Notes: generated by a model from the sequence alone, not told the origin. 64,000 nt of DNA from Candidatus Atelocyanobacterium thalassae (GCA_051971635.1 JBFPLN010000001.1:256001-320000), one strand, 5' to 3'; shown: positions 22,606 to 34,517, counted from the stretch's first letter. Numbers and translations: made by a program.

Positions 22606-22651
22606 AAAAGAAAGATAAATTATTACATAAAAAATAATTTATCTTTCTTTT
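22606..22651. repeat. Perfect inverted repeat, 19-bp arms, 8-nt spacer
   Basis: AAAAGAAAGATAAATTATT / AATAATTTATCTTTCTTTT. Confidence 0.8.
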
Positions 22652-22697
22652 ATAAGATATTAGTTTAACGAATAAGAATTTTTAATCAAGATATACT

Positions 22698-24088
22698 TTG
22701 TCTCAAAATACCATTATGAATTTTTTATGTTTTCGGTATAATTTCATTTCTGTAACTATATTTTGTAGTACATTTATTTTTTTTATTTTCAGTAGTCTCA
22801 GACATATACTATTTCAGTCAACAGCTTGGGATTTAGCGATTTTCGATCAAGCAATTTACTTAATAAGTCAGGGTAAAGTACCAAATTCATCTTTTTTAAA
22901 TATTCATATACTAGGGGATCATGCCTCTTTAATACTTTACCCATTATCTTTATTTTATATACTTTACCCTTCAGTTTACTGGTTGTTTTTTATACAAGCT
23001 CTATCTCTAAGTCTTGGTATACTACCCATCTATTATTTATGTCAGAATCAAGGTTTAAATAAAAACTACTCACATACAATAAGCTTAGTATATTTATTTT
23101 ATCCATTAATTTTTAATATTAATTTATTTGATTTTCATCCCGATGTAATATTTGTTCCAGCAATTTTATTTGCTCTTTTAGCTATTTTTGAAGATAGATT
23201 GTATTTATTTATTTTGTCCATATTAGTTGCCTTAAGTTGCAAGAGTATATTCTCTTTGACAATTATTTTTATGGGTTTATGGCTATTAGTACTAAAAAAA
23301 AAAAATTTAGTTTATTTGCTCTAGGAAGTGGTTTTACTTGGTTTATTGTTAGCACTAACTTTATTATTCCTATTTTTAGTGATAACAAGGCCAATATTGA
23401 AAGACATCTTGAAAGGTTTAATCATCTTGGAAATACATTTCCTGAAATAATTTACAACTTAATCTTTAATCCTGTTTTAATTTTAGAAGGAATATTTAAC
23501 TTACCTAATCTAGAATATTTGTTACTGTTATTAGTACCTATCTTTTGGGGTATGTCTCTAGCTTCACTTTCTCCTTTGATACCTTGTATTCCTAGCTTTA
23601 CAATGAATCTACTATCCCAAAACATTTTACAAAAAGATCTTTTACATCATTATTCTTTACCAATTCTACCCTTTTTAATAATAGTTATCATTAAAACTAT
23701 AGCTCAAGAAAAAAAGTGGCCTTGGAAGAAATATGTTTTTTTATGGTCACTAATTTCTTTTATTATGTTTGCCAAATTAGGTAATTTTACATCTCGATAC
23801 TTAGTTTCTTTAGATACTTGGACAACAAATAAAGAAGCTATTAGTAAAATATCTAGCCAAAGTAGTATACTGACTCACTCCTATGTTGCACCTCATATTA
23901 GTCATCGCCCCACTGTAAAATTAATCGAGCAAGAAATGAACATAAATGTAGAACAATTTGATAATATTTTATTAAATGATCTTTTCTCACAAAGCGAAAA
24001 TATTAAAAAGCAAGTTCAGAAAAGTAATCATTTTTCATTAGTTTTTCAGAAAAATAATGTCTATCTTTTTAAAAAGCATAACATCTGA
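22698..24088 (+). pseudogene. DUF2079-like polytopic membrane protein split by a frameshift in an A12 run
   Basis: ORFs 22698-23324 and 23237-24088 join across A12 at 23294-23305; motifs WDLAIFDQ, HILGDH, FDFHPD and HYSLPILPF; may be a pseudogene, slippage-rescued, or a sequencing error. Confidence 0.8.
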
Positions 24089-24251
24089 TTTTAGTAAATA
24101 GTATGTAAAGTTTTCAAAAATAAATATAATTTTGTTTACCAAATCAGCTCTCCTGAAGAATATTTAGATAAATATTTTTTATGTATTTAGTAGACATAGC
24201 TATTTTGAAAAATGTTCTTACTTAAATAATTATTAGTAATTGTAATTTTTA

Positions 24252-24473
24252 TTAGGAAATATTAGTTTTATTATTGGTGATAGATTTGTTGCTTGACTTA
24301 TCATGAGAATTCTCTTCAAAGAACACTGGTTTACTAGGGGTAACTGACATTTTATAAAAAATAGCATATGCTAAGAAAGAAATACCACCAAAAAAAAGAA
24401 AAACTCCGATCAATGCACCTGAAATAATCTGGGAAACTTTAGATAGACGATTCATATTTATTTTGTAATACAA
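24252..24473 (-). pseudogene. Probably truncated membrane-anchored protein resembling the N-terminus of cyanobacterial SH3-domain proteins
   Basis: One TM helix, then PSKPVFFEE and a short S/N/K-rich tail; no domain follows. Confidence 0.45.
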
Positions 24474-25982
24474 TTATAAAAACTAGAATAGTAGTTAGCT
24501 ACATATTAATTATCTGAACTATATATGGAATTTGGTTAGAAATAAATCTGTTAGGACAAATTATAAGAATATTCTTTACTTTGCATTTAAGATATTACTT
24601 CTCACAACAGTCATTGCACATATAATCTCGATAGATATATCTTAGACTTAAATATAAAATTTTATATCTAATAAATGTAATCTTTATGATTTAGGTTTTT
24701 CATAAATTCATTAATTCAATATTTAACAATAAGTTCAATATAACAATTAAATCCTTGGTCCTAGTATTGTTAGTTTTTCAATGCCAAAAACTTTCTTACC
24801 AGATATTTCCCAACCAACACAATATCACTAATTGATAAAACCCTTTATCATAAACAAATACTAATTAGTAATATTGAACGTTGAGATAGTGTACTCTAGT
24901 GTTGAAGTTTGCTGCTTTGAATATAATCCTGTGTCTATTAAACAGAGAAAAAGGTCTTGTTCTTCAAAAATTTCGATAAAAATGACATATATATCTTTCT
25001 TATTATCCAAATTTCTCTAATAATGGTTCTAAAACATTTTTATATACAATTTTAAATTCTAAAAAACGATGAGCTTTTTCAGTAATCATTTTCAATGATT
25101 TTGAAGAATCAAAAGAATTTTTAGGTTATAAAAACTTTATTATCCATAATCTGTTCAACAGATATCCTACCCTCTAGCTCTCGAGATAAAAAAACTAAAT
25201 TATTACATCTAAAGAGTACTCTTAGATATTCATTCGCACATAAAAAGTATTAGAAATGTAATTAATAAATAAAACGGCACTACAAATAATAGTATCTTGA
25301 AAATTTTATGTAATTATTTCTACTTTCTTTAATATATAAGATAATAACTGTTAACATCTCAGGCATTGAATTATTTTCTTAAAAAGAATTAAGATAATTT
25401 AGCTTTATTTATATATAGTAAGTAAGTTTAAACTTGTCTTAGTGGAATTTTTCTTAGTTATTAAAATCTCCTTTTTTAAAAATTATTAAATAAGTCTTCC
25501 ACTAAAATAAATATGTATAACTTTTATATTAAAAAATCTTGTCTAACTGTTTTAAAATTATTTTTTAATTTTTAAGGTACTTTATTACGATGTCTAAGTA
25601 CAATAAATTTATCATTTTCTTATCATGCTTGATGCCCATAAGTAAGTAATTAAAGATTCCACTATAAGTTAGTTTAATTCCAACAAAAATAACAAAGTTT
25701 GTACGAATAAAGCTAATTATCTTTTTTATACTATGAGATATTAAGAATAGAGTATTCAATATAGTCTCAGATAATTTTTAGGTTAGTAATTTAAATTTTT
25801 AGTAATTTCTAGTCTTTAGAAAAATAAAAGCAATATATTGTTATATTAAAAACTATGAAATCATAAATTTTGTACAGTATCTAAATAGTTAAGTCATTTT
25901 TATGATTGATTTTATTTAAATAAATTATTCTCTCCAGAAGATGAGAGAATAATATGTCCAGTAGTTGTGAGGAAAACTTTAA

Positions 25983-27803
25983 ATGCGGCTATCCCAAGTG
26001 TTGTTTGTGACTTTACGTGAAGATCCTGCTGAAGCAGAAATAATAAGTCATAAATTGTTGTTAAGAGCTTGTTATATTCGTCGTGTTAGTAGCGGTATTT
26101 ATTCTTACTTGCCTTTAATGTGGCGAGTATTGCAAAAAACTTCTCAAATAATACGAGAAGAAATGAATTTAGTTGGAGCTCAAGAATGTTTATTACCTCA
26201 ACTACAGATATCAGATTTATGGAAAGAATCAGGTAGATGGGAAACCTATACTAAAGCTGAAGGAATTATGTTTTCCCTAATAGATAGGCAAAAAAAAGAA
26301 TTAGCTTTAGGGCCAACTCACGAAGAAGTTATTACATCAATAGTTAGAGACATGATTACATCATATAAACAAATGCCTCTAAATCTATATCAAGTTCAGA
26401 CAAAATTTAGAGATGAGATCCGTCCTCGTTTTGGTTTAATGAGGAGTAGAGAGTTCATCATGAAAGACTCTTATTCTTTCGATGAAAATTTAGAAAATTT
26501 ACAGAAAAGTTATAGTGCAGTGAGCCAAGCCTACTGTAATATTTTTGAACGTTGTGAACTGTCTTTTCAAATTGTAGAAGCAGACTCTGGAGCAATAGGT
26601 GGTCTGGCTTCTCAAGAATTTATGGTTTTAACAGATGTTGGAGAAGATGAGATCTTATACACAGAAGATGGTAGTTATGCAGCTAATATAGAAAAAGCAA
26701 ACTCTATACCTTATCCAGAAAATATATCACCTTTTGATAGTTATGAAGAGAGAGAAACTCCAAACTGTAGCACAGTTAAAAAACTGTCTGAAATACTCAA
26801 TTGTTCTTGTAGCAATATTGTTAAAAACTTATTATATAAAGCAACTTATGATAATCAAAAAAGTATATTAGTTTTAGTAAGTATTCGAGGGGATCAAGAT
26901 GTTAACGAAGTAAAACTTAGTAATGAATTAAACTATTTAGCTTCTAAGTACGAAGCATTAACATTATTGACTTTACAAATCTTTGATCAAGAATCTATAT
27001 CAAAGTTAGCTGATAATATTCTACCATTAGGTTATATTGGTCCAGATATAGAAGCTACTTGCATTAGTTCTAAAAAAGATATCAAATTTTCTCTTTTAAA
27101 AATTGCAGATAAGACTGTTGTTAATCTTAAAAATTTTGTTACTGGATCTAATAAGTTAGAGCATCATATTGTAGGAGGAAATTGGGGGCAATCTCACAAA
27201 TTACCAGAGTTAATTTTTGATATTAGAAAAGCTAAAAAAGGTGATAGAGTTTCTGAAAATAATCAAGCAAAGTTAGTGAGTAAGAGAGGCATTGAAGTAG
27301 GACATGTTTTTCAATTGGGAACAAAATACTCAGAAAAAATGAGGGCTACTTTCACTGATAAGGATGGTGAGGAAAAACCAATTATGATGGGATGCTACGG
27401 TATGGGAGTTTCCCGTTTAGTTCAATCTGCTGTGGAACAAAATCATGATAAAAATGGAATTATTTGGCCACTTGCAATAGCTCCTTATCACGTCATTATT
27501 ATTGTTCCAAATATAAAGGAAAGAAAGCAGATAGAAGTTGCAGAAAGAATCTATCATGATCTAAACAATATTGGGATAGAAACTATTTTAGATGATCGTA
27601 ATGAACGAATAGGTTCTAAATTTAAAGATGCTGAGCTTATTGGAATTCCTTATCAAATAGTAACAGGAAGAACATTAAAGGTTGGTAAAGTGGAAGTAGT
27701 AGAAAGAAGAACAAAAAATTCACAAGAAATTATCATTGAAGAATTACCTAAATTTTTTAATGAAATTCTGAAAAATATTAAGTTATTACCAAAATTTATC
27801 TAA
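25983..27803 (+). CDS. proS: Proline--tRNA ligase
   Basis: [46 protein letters not shown] and MGCYGMG motifs. Confidence 0.99.
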   Translation: MRLSQVLFVTLREDPAEAEIISHKLLLRACYIRRVSSGIYSYLPLMWRVLQKTSQIIREEMNLVGAQECLLPQLQISDLWKESGRWETYTKAEGIMFSLIDRQKKELALGPTHEEVITSIVRDMITSYKQMPLNLYQVQTKFRDEIRPRFGLMRSREFIMKDSYSFDENLENLQKSYSAVSQAYCNIFERCELSFQIVEADSGAIGGLASQEFMVLTDVGEDEILYTEDGSYAANIEKANSIPYPENISPFDSYEERETPNCSTVKKLSEILNCSCSNIVKNLLYKATYDNQKSILVLVSIRGDQDVNEVKLSNELNYLASKYEALTLLTLQIFDQESISKLADNILPLGYIGPDIEATCISSKKDIKFSLLKIADKTVVNLKNFVTGSNKLEHHIVGGNWGQSHKLPELIFDIRKAKKGDRVSENNQAKLVSKRGIEVGHVFQLGTKYSEKMRATFTDKDGEEKPIMMGCYGMGVSRLVQSAVEQNHDKNGIIWPLAIAPYHVIIIVPNIKERKQIEVAERIYHDLNNIGIETILDDRNERIGSKFKDAELIGIPYQIVTGRTLKVGKVEVVERRTKNSQEIIIEELPKFFNEILKNIKLLPKFI

Positions 27804-27804
27804 A

Positions 27805-27862
27805 ATATATATTAAAGAAGTTATGTATAGTCTGAACTATACATAACTTCTTTAATATATAT
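27805..27862 (+). terminator. Perfect 27-bp-arm hairpin immediately after proS
   Basis: ATATATATTAAAGAAGTTATGTATAGT-CTGA-ACTATACATAACTTCTTTAATATATAT. Confidence 0.75.
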
Positions 27863-27950
27863 AATTATGAATAGTAACAGTCAACTATTTGATATTTCAC
27901 CTTAGATTAGCTTTTATTGTTGCAAATTTTAACTATTTTTTGTAATTTCT

Positions 27951-28838
27951 ATGTATAAAATTACGAGGAAAACAAAGCTTTTAGGAATTATCGGAGATCC
28001 TGTCGAACATTCACTCTCTCCGATTATGCATAACACAGTTATTTCTGAGTTAGGAATGGATTATATTTATGTTCCTTTCTCTGTTAAACAAAAACATCTC
28101 AGTCGTGCATTAATAGAGCTTGCTAGTATCGGAGTAGTAGGCTTTAATGTAACAATTCCCCATAAACAAACCATTTTACCTTTACTTTTTAAGACTACTA
28201 AAATTGCTCAACTAATAGGAGCAGTAAATACTGTTTGGTATACAAATGAGGGCTGGAATGGTACTAATACAGATATTGTCGGTATTTTAGCATCGCTAAA
28301 ACCGTTAAATTATTGTTGGTCAAATGTTAAACCTATCATTTTAGGATATGGCGGGGCTGCTAAAGCAGCTATGGTTGCTTTAGCAGAACTAGGATGTACT
28401 GAGGTTATCATAGTAGGACGTAATTATGACCGATTAAAAAGCTTTAAAGAAAATTGGTCAACTTGTGACCTTTTTGATTCTATTAATATTTATTGCTTTA
28501 GTGAATTGCCAAAAATATTGCATGAGACCCAGTTACTTATCAACACTACTCCTGTTGGGATGTTTCCTAATATTAACCAATCCCCTGTTGAAGAAAAACT
28601 CTTAAGAATATTACCTGATACAGCAATTGTCTATGATCTAATTTATACTCCAAGTTCAACTATCTTACTTCAAAATGCCCATAGCTTAGGATTAGCAACT
28701 ATGAATGGTTCAACAATGCTAGTTCATCAAGGTGTCGCAGCGCTAGAGTTATGGATACAACAAAAAGTTTCAACTGATTTAATGTATCATTCATTAAAAA
28801 ACTGCTTAAAAAAAAATGAAGTTGTTAACTTAAATTGA
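27951..28838 (+). CDS. aroE: Shikimate dehydrogenase
   Basis: GDPVEHSLSPIMHN, NVTIPHK, GAVNT, NTD and YDLIYTP motifs. Confidence 0.96.
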   Translation: MYKITRKTKLLGIIGDPVEHSLSPIMHNTVISELGMDYIYVPFSVKQKHLSRALIELASIGVVGFNVTIPHKQTILPLLFKTTKIAQLIGAVNTVWYTNEGWNGTNTDIVGILASLKPLNYCWSNVKPIILGYGGAAKAAMVALAELGCTEVIIVGRNYDRLKSFKENWSTCDLFDSINIYCFSELPKILHETQLLINTTPVGMFPNINQSPVEEKLLRILPDTAIVYDLIYTPSSTILLQNAHSLGLATMNGSTMLVHQGVAALELWIQQKVSTDLMYHSLKNCLKKNEVVNLN

Positions 28839-28920
28839 TAGTATATTCAGAGCAATAATTTAAGATAAATATTCATACATCATCTTTTTATTACTCCAAA
28901 ATATTGTTTTAAGCTTAGCT

Positions 28921-30114
28921 TCAATTGTGATTATCAGTCATACTAACAAAAGAAATTTTTAAGTAGTCATTCTCCATTTTAGCTCCTGAAGGATTAAGAG
29001 AAGCCAGAGATTGTGGTAGAACTAAGTTACGCCTATGATTACCGATTCTTATATTTAATTCATCACCAGTTTTATTAAGTTGAATTTGTTCTTTTGGAAT
29101 TCCTGGTAAATATAATTCTAAACTACACATACCTTTTTCTTTGGTTATACGAATGGTATCTTCTTGGTAATAAACTTGAGTTGGATCTTCATCTTTATAA
29201 AGTATTTCCTTCAATCTTTCTAATGATTCCATTCCACATAACTCCTGAGAAAATAATGGAACTTCTTTAACAGGCAGAGGATGGAAGTTATCATGAATTT
29301 CTTGTTTATAGATACTTTGACTACTTTTCCACTTGTCAAAAAAAGAATCATTAACCGTATCAGGAATAATTCTATTAGCAATTACTAAATCAGTAGAAAC
29401 ATTATACAAGCTTAAATAAGCATGTGCTCTTAATGATTCTTTTATCACCATTTTTTCTGGATTAGTAACTAATCTAACAGAAGTTTGTTTGTTATTTGTT
29501 AAAACTTTTTCTAAAGCTTCAATTTGTTCATAAAATTCGTAAGGCGCATCCATAACTTCTTTATTGGGTAATGAAAATCCAGCAATTGGCCTAAAAAGAG
29601 GCTCTACCAAAGGACGTAAAGCCACAGACATTCCCTGTAAAGGCTTATAGAATCTTCTCATATACCATCCGCCAACTTCAGGAATACTTAATAGTCTTAA
29701 TGCAGTTCCTGTAGGAGCAGAATCAATAATTAAAACATCATATTCTCCTTCATCATAATGACGTTTCATTCTGACTAATCCAAAAATCTCATCCATTCCT
29801 GGTAATATAGCTAATTCTTCTGCCTGCACTCCATCTAAGCCTCTAGCTTGTAAAACTTGAGTAATATATCTCTTTACGGCTCCCCAATTTCCTTCTAGTT
29901 CCATGAGAGCATCTAATTCAGCTCCCCATAATTTAGGACGAATTGCAACAGGTTTATGTCCTAGCTCCAAATCAAAACTATCAGCTAAGGAGTGAGCAGG
30001 ATCAGTACTTAATACTAAAGTTTTATAACCTAATTCAGCACATTTCATGCCAGTCGCAGCAGCAACAGAGGTCTTACCAACTCCTCCCTTACCAGTCATC
30101 AAAATTACACGCAT
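28921..30114 (-). CDS. ArsA/GET3/TRC40 family ATPase with C-terminal HSP20-like domain
   Basis: [16 protein letters not shown] and IDSAPTG motifs; C-terminal [16 protein letters not shown]. Confidence 0.93.
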   Translation of the reverse strand: MRVILMTGKGGVGKTSVAAATGMKCAELGYKTLVLSTDPAHSLADSFDLELGHKPVAIRPKLWGAELDALMELEGNWGAVKRYITQVLQARGLDGVQAEELAILPGMDEIFGLVRMKRHYDEGEYDVLIIDSAPTGTALRLLSIPEVGGWYMRRFYKPLQGMSVALRPLVEPLFRPIAGFSLPNKEVMDAPYEFYEQIEALEKVLTNNKQTSVRLVTNPEKMVIKESLRAHAYLSLYNVSTDLVIANRIIPDTVNDSFFDKWKSSQSIYKQEIHDNFHPLPVKEVPLFSQELCGMESLERLKEILYKDEDPTQVYYQEDTIRITKEKGMCSLELYLPGIPKEQIQLNKTGDELNIRIGNHRRNLVLPQSLASLNPSGAKMENDYLKISFVSMTDNHN

Positions 30115-30396
30115 AGTTCTTTAAAAAATTAACTTGTTTCTTATATTATGAAGTATTTCAAAAGATAATTTATATAGTATCCATAAATATTAGTATTAAT
30201 CTAATTTTTAAATCAAAAATTTAGATATATCATTTTTCATAAATAATTTAACTTTATGGAGTAGTCATGCTTTTATAGAAAAAAATTTATCAATATGTAC
30301 AAGAATATTGAGATAAATATCTTGTGAGATCCAAACAAAAACTAAAGAAACATGTCTTATTAATTAACTTCTTCGTTTCTGCTGAAATACAAATTT

Positions 30397-31182
30397 TTAG
30401 ATATTTTTATTTTTTTCAGGTCTAAACAGATGGCTATGATCAGGATGATACAGTCTAGAACGATTGTTAAAGTTAGCTTTTAGAGCAGGACTAATAATAT
30501 AAAGAGTGGTACGAATAAGCTTTTCTTTTTCAGTAATTTCTGCCATTTTCTCTAAAGGAACAATTCGAATTACTTCATCTGGCCAACCAACTCGGAAACA
30601 GATAGCAACTGGAGTATCTGAAGGATAATGTTTAAGTAGTTCAGCTTGTGATTTCACTGCATGACGTGCTGCTAAATACAGGCATAGGCTAGATTTGTGA
30701 GAAGCTAATTGATCTAATTTTTCTAAACTAGGTACTTTTGATGCAACACCATCTATGCGTGTTAATATAATTGTTTGGACGAGCTCAGGAATTGTTAGCT
30801 CTGCACCAATTTTAGCTGCTGCTGCCTGAAAAGCACTAATTCCAGGAACTAATTCAAATTTAATATTTTCTTTAACAAGGAGAGCAATTTGCTCATGAAT
30901 TGCACTATAAAGTGTTAAATCTCCTGAATGCAGACGTACAACAGAATAACCGTTAATAATTTTTTCTTTTATTAACTCCATTATACTTTCAAGAGTTTTA
31001 TTTCCAGTAGGAATTAGTTGTGCATCTTTCCGGACATCTTGTAATATCTGTTTTGGAATCAAAGAATCTGCATACAAAATAACATCAGCTTGAGTAATTA
31101 TTTTATATGCTTTTAAAGTTAATAGTTCTGGATCACCTGGACCAGCGCCAATAAAGTAAACTAATGGTTTTAAGAAAGTCAT
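30397..31182 (-). CDS. cobM: Precorrin-4 C11-methyltransferase
   Basis: FIGAGPGDPELLT, RLHSGD, ELTIPELVQTIILTR and RSRLYHP motifs. Confidence 0.95.
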   Translation of the reverse strand: MTFLKPLVYFIGAGPGDPELLTLKAYKIITQADVILYADSLIPKQILQDVRKDAQLIPTGNKTLESIMELIKEKIINGYSVVRLHSGDLTLYSAIHEQIALLVKENIKFELVPGISAFQAAAAKIGAELTIPELVQTIILTRIDGVASKVPSLEKLDQLASHKSSLCLYLAARHAVKSQAELLKHYPSDTPVAICFRVGWPDEVIRIVPLEKMAEITEKEKLIRTTLYIISPALKANFNNRSRLYHPDHSHLFRPEKNKNI

Positions 31183-31332
31183 TACGTCTAGTTTTTAATG
31201 AATTTTAATAATATTAAAATAAGGTATTATGGTCTCGTTATTTGATAATTCAACTAAAATATTGTTGAATTTGTTAAGGAAGAAAATAGGGTTTGATATT
31301 TTTAATCTTATAAACTGAAGTAGCTATTAAAA

Positions 31333-31872
31333 TTAGAAACATAGATAATGCATAAATTCTGATGCAAGTTTTCCATTTAACTTTAATCTTTTTTGTAGTT
31401 CAGCCAAATCTTTAAAGTCACCTTCTTCTAGTCGACTTTTTACAATCTCTTCTGCCATTAAATCACTTATGGGGTGAATCTCTTTAAGCTCTTCCAAGGT
31501 CGCAAGATTTATATTAATTCTTTGTGGCATCAATGTACTTTCAGGGTCATAATAAGAAAAAGCTAAAATTTTTGCTAGAGGTTGAAGACGCTGAAGAGGA
31601 ATTTTTAGCGCAGCAGACATATCTTCTACAGACAAAATTTCTACCCCTGAGTTAATTAATTCTACTAAACTACGAGCCTGATGAATTGATACTCCAGGCA
31701 ATCTCAATAAATCGTCGATATTAGCCTTATCAATTTCAATTTTAACTCCTAATTCTTCTGCAATAGATATTTCCTCAAAAGAAGTAAAACGGTAATATGG
31801 ATCATTTTTAATACGTTCTCGAAGACTTCTTTTTTGATAGTTTAATTTATTTGCTAAAAAAGAAAATATCAT
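31333..31872 (-). CDS. ComEA-like helix-hairpin-helix DNA-binding protein
   Basis: LLRLPGVS and ININLAT.EEL HhH motifs. Confidence 0.85.
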   Translation of the reverse strand: MIFSFLANKLNYQKRSLRERIKNDPYYRFTSFEEISIAEELGVKIEIDKANIDDLLRLPGVSIHQARSLVELINSGVEILSVEDMSAALKIPLQRLQPLAKILAFSYYDPESTLMPQRININLATLEELKEIHPISDLMAEEIVKSRLEEGDFKDLAELQKRLKLNGKLASEFMHYLCF

Positions 31873-31963
31873 AATAAAAATAATTTGTATTTTAAATATA
31901 GATAAAATCTACATTTAAGTTTTTATAAAATATTCTGAATTAAATGCTTCATAATTATTACAT

Positions 31964-32413
31964 CTAATTAATCCTATCTAATAACTGACGACGTTTTTGT
32001 TCAAACTCGTAATCAGTAATTAATCCTTCTGCCCTTAACTTATCCAGTTCTCTTAGTCCTCCTGATACCATGTCAACTTGCAATGGTTCAATTCTCCTAA
32101 CTTGTTGCTCATGAGGAGCTATACTGGGAGGTTTAGACTTGACCTTGGTAGGCTTTAGCATAGGTAAATTATTAAATTGATTGTTAAATTGTTCTTCGCC
32201 TTGAACAAAATACCATAATGCGTCAATTGCGCATGCAATACTAGGAATAGGAGTATTCCATAGCATAAAGTACATAACTCCCCAAACAGGTTGTCCCAGG
32301 TAAAATTTATGTACTCCAGCAACAGGCCAAGGGACCACAGTAGATAACAAAGCTAGTGTAATACCAACTTTACGGTTTTTGGGTTGAGTAAGTAGTTTTT
32401 CCAATCGTTGCAT
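31964..32413 (-). CDS. TM2/NINE-domain protein with C-terminal SHOCT motif
   Basis: GVHKFYLGQP and LDKLRAEGLITDYEFEQKRRQLL. Confidence 0.85.
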   Translation of the reverse strand: MQRLEKLLTQPKNRKVGITLALLSTVVPWPVAGVHKFYLGQPVWGVMYFMLWNTPIPSIACAIDALWYFVQGEEQFNNQFNNLPMLKPTKVKSKPPSIAPHEQQVRRIEPLQVDMVSGGLRELDKLRAEGLITDYEFEQKRRQLLDRIN

Positions 32414-32664
32414 TGGGATCTCGATGTTAAGAATTTTTGTATTAACGATACCATACTATATCACTTTATTGAAAAAATAGAGTGATTAAAAGACTTAAGT
32501 TTTTGTTATTATTTATTAAATTTATTTATGATACGGTAAGCTGTATTTTTCTATAATTTTTAACTCTTTTACAATAACAATGTAAACTACAATAACAAGA
32601 TAAACCAGTTAATATTTAACTATTAATCCAATTGGTTTACATTTGAATCATAAGGAAATTAAAT

Positions 32665-32982
32665 ATGGGATTTTATGACTCAGAAATCGTTCAGAGAGAA
32701 GCTAAACACTTATTTGAAGATTACCAATCATTAACACAATTAGGAAGCGAATATGGCAAGTTTGATCGAAAAGGAAAAAAGATTTTTATTGAACAAATGG
32801 AAACACTAATGGAACGCTATAAAATTTTTATGAAACGTTTTGAATTATCTGAAGATTTTATGGCTCAAATGACTGTCCAGCAACTAAAAAATCAATTAGG
32901 GCAATTTGGAATAACTCCACAGCAAATGTTTGATCAAATGAACACAACTTTAAAAAAAATGAAGTCTGAAATAGAAAGCTAG
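32665..32982 (+). CDS. Conserved cyanobacterial protein (DUF1825-like)
   Basis: MGFYDSEIVQ.EAK.LFEDYQ and FMKRFELSEDF motifs; AAGGA upstream. Confidence 0.85.
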   Translation: MGFYDSEIVQREAKHLFEDYQSLTQLGSEYGKFDRKGKKIFIEQMETLMERYKIFMKRFELSEDFMAQMTVQQLKNQLGQFGITPQQMFDQMNTTLKKMKSEIES

Positions 32983-33106
32983 TATGTAATTAGTTTAAAC
33001 TAAATTAATAATTTTTAGAAAATTTTTTAGTTGTAAATAATTAAGCTTCGAAATCTGAAAGTAATGCTATCATAAATTTCTTGTTTAGGTTTGAATTTTA
33101 AAAATT

Positions 33107-34297
33107 ATGTATGACTTTGTAATTATTGGCGGAGGTATTGTTGGGCTTTCTGTCGGTATGAATTTGGGAAATCGTTTCCCCAGCAAATCTATTCTAATTA
33201 TAGAAAAAGAAGATAGAATTGCTTCTCATCAAACAGGGCATAATAGTGGAGTGATACATTCCGGAATTTACTACAAACCAAACAGTTTCAAAGCAGAGTT
33301 TACCAGAAAAGGAAACCAATCAATTGTAGAGTTTTGTCAAACACACAATCTTCCTTATGAAGTGTGTGGTAAATTTATTATCGCCACGAAAGAAAGTGAA
33401 TTACCACTGTTACAAAATTTATACAAACAAGGACTAGAAAATAACCTAGAAGTAGAAAAAGTTTCAGCTAAAGAAATTAAAGAAAAAGAACCTCACATAA
33501 AATGTTTGGAGGGTATTAAAGTTCAAAAGGCAGGCATCACTGATTATTCAAAAATTTGTCAAAAATATATAGATTTAATTCAAGAACAAGGAGGTGAATT
33601 AAAACTTAATACAAAAGTCATAAACATTAGAAATATGCAACACAGTAAAATTTTAGAGACAACGCAAGGAGAAATAGAAGCAAGATTTATGATTAATTGT
33701 GCTGGTTTATATAGTGATTCCATCACTAAATTAGATGGATTTAATCCCCCAGCGCAAATTATTCCTTTTCGTGGTGAGTATTATAAACTTAAACCTCATA
33801 AAAATTATTTAGTAAACAGTCTTATTTATCCAGTCCCTAATCCTGAATTTCCTTTTTTGGGTGTACATTTTACCCGTATGATTGACGGTAGTGTTCATGC
33901 TGGACCTAATGCAGTTTTAAGTTTAAAAAGAGAAGGATATAAGAAAACTGATTTCGATATCAAGGAATTTCTAGAAATAATTACTTATAAAGGATTTTGG
34001 AAGTTAGTTCAAAAACATACCAATGAAGGTATTAAAGAAATTATTCGTTCTTTTAGTAAAATTGCCTTTGTTAGAAGTCTACAGCAACTAATTCCAGAAA
34101 TCACAATAAATGATATTGTTAGTTGTGAAGCTGGAGTAAGAGCACAAGCGTTGAAAGATAATGGTGACCTAGTAGATGATTTTTTAATCATTCAAAATAA
34201 AAATTCATTACATGTTTGCAATGCTCCTTCCCCTGCAGCGACAGCTTCTTTGGAAATTGGCAAATATATAGTCAATCAAATTTCTCAACATAAGTGA
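33107..34297 (+). CDS. lhgO: L-2-hydroxyglutarate oxidase
   Basis: IIGGGIVG, HQTGHNSGVIHSGIYY, PFLGVHFT and NAPSPAATAS motifs. Confidence 0.92.
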   Translation: MYDFVIIGGGIVGLSVGMNLGNRFPSKSILIIEKEDRIASHQTGHNSGVIHSGIYYKPNSFKAEFTRKGNQSIVEFCQTHNLPYEVCGKFIIATKESELPLLQNLYKQGLENNLEVEKVSAKEIKEKEPHIKCLEGIKVQKAGITDYSKICQKYIDLIQEQGGELKLNTKVINIRNMQHSKILETTQGEIEARFMINCAGLYSDSITKLDGFNPPAQIIPFRGEYYKLKPHKNYLVNSLIYPVPNPEFPFLGVHFTRMIDGSVHAGPNAVLSLKREGYKKTDFDIKEFLEIITYKGFWKLVQKHTNEGIKEIIRSFSKIAFVRSLQQLIPEITINDIVSCEAGVRAQALKDNGDLVDDFLIIQNKNSLHVCNAPSPAATASLEIGKYIVNQISQHK

Positions 34298-34517
34298 TTT
34301 TTTAATATCTTATTACTACATTGCATTAGAACATTTGATTGTAAAAATCCAAAAATATTATATTCCCTGTTATTCTCAACTAGGGTCAATTAATAGTTTC
34401 AAATTAGTGCATATTAGATTTAAAGGTAGAAATAATTTATGATTAGCTACTTATTATTTAATAAAAACCTTAAGCAAATTAGCTAATAAATCTCATCACG
34501 TAATTTTTTGTCACAAC

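Noticed and set aside
25565..25759. 64-aa track ORF in the large spacer
   Set aside because: Non-ATG start and I/K/F/L-rich composition typical of chance ORFs in AT-rich DNA
28921..30114. Arsenic resistance operon
   Set aside because: Single-domain ArsA/GET3-like ATPase with no arsB, arsC or arsD nearby; the ArsR gene is over 20 kb away
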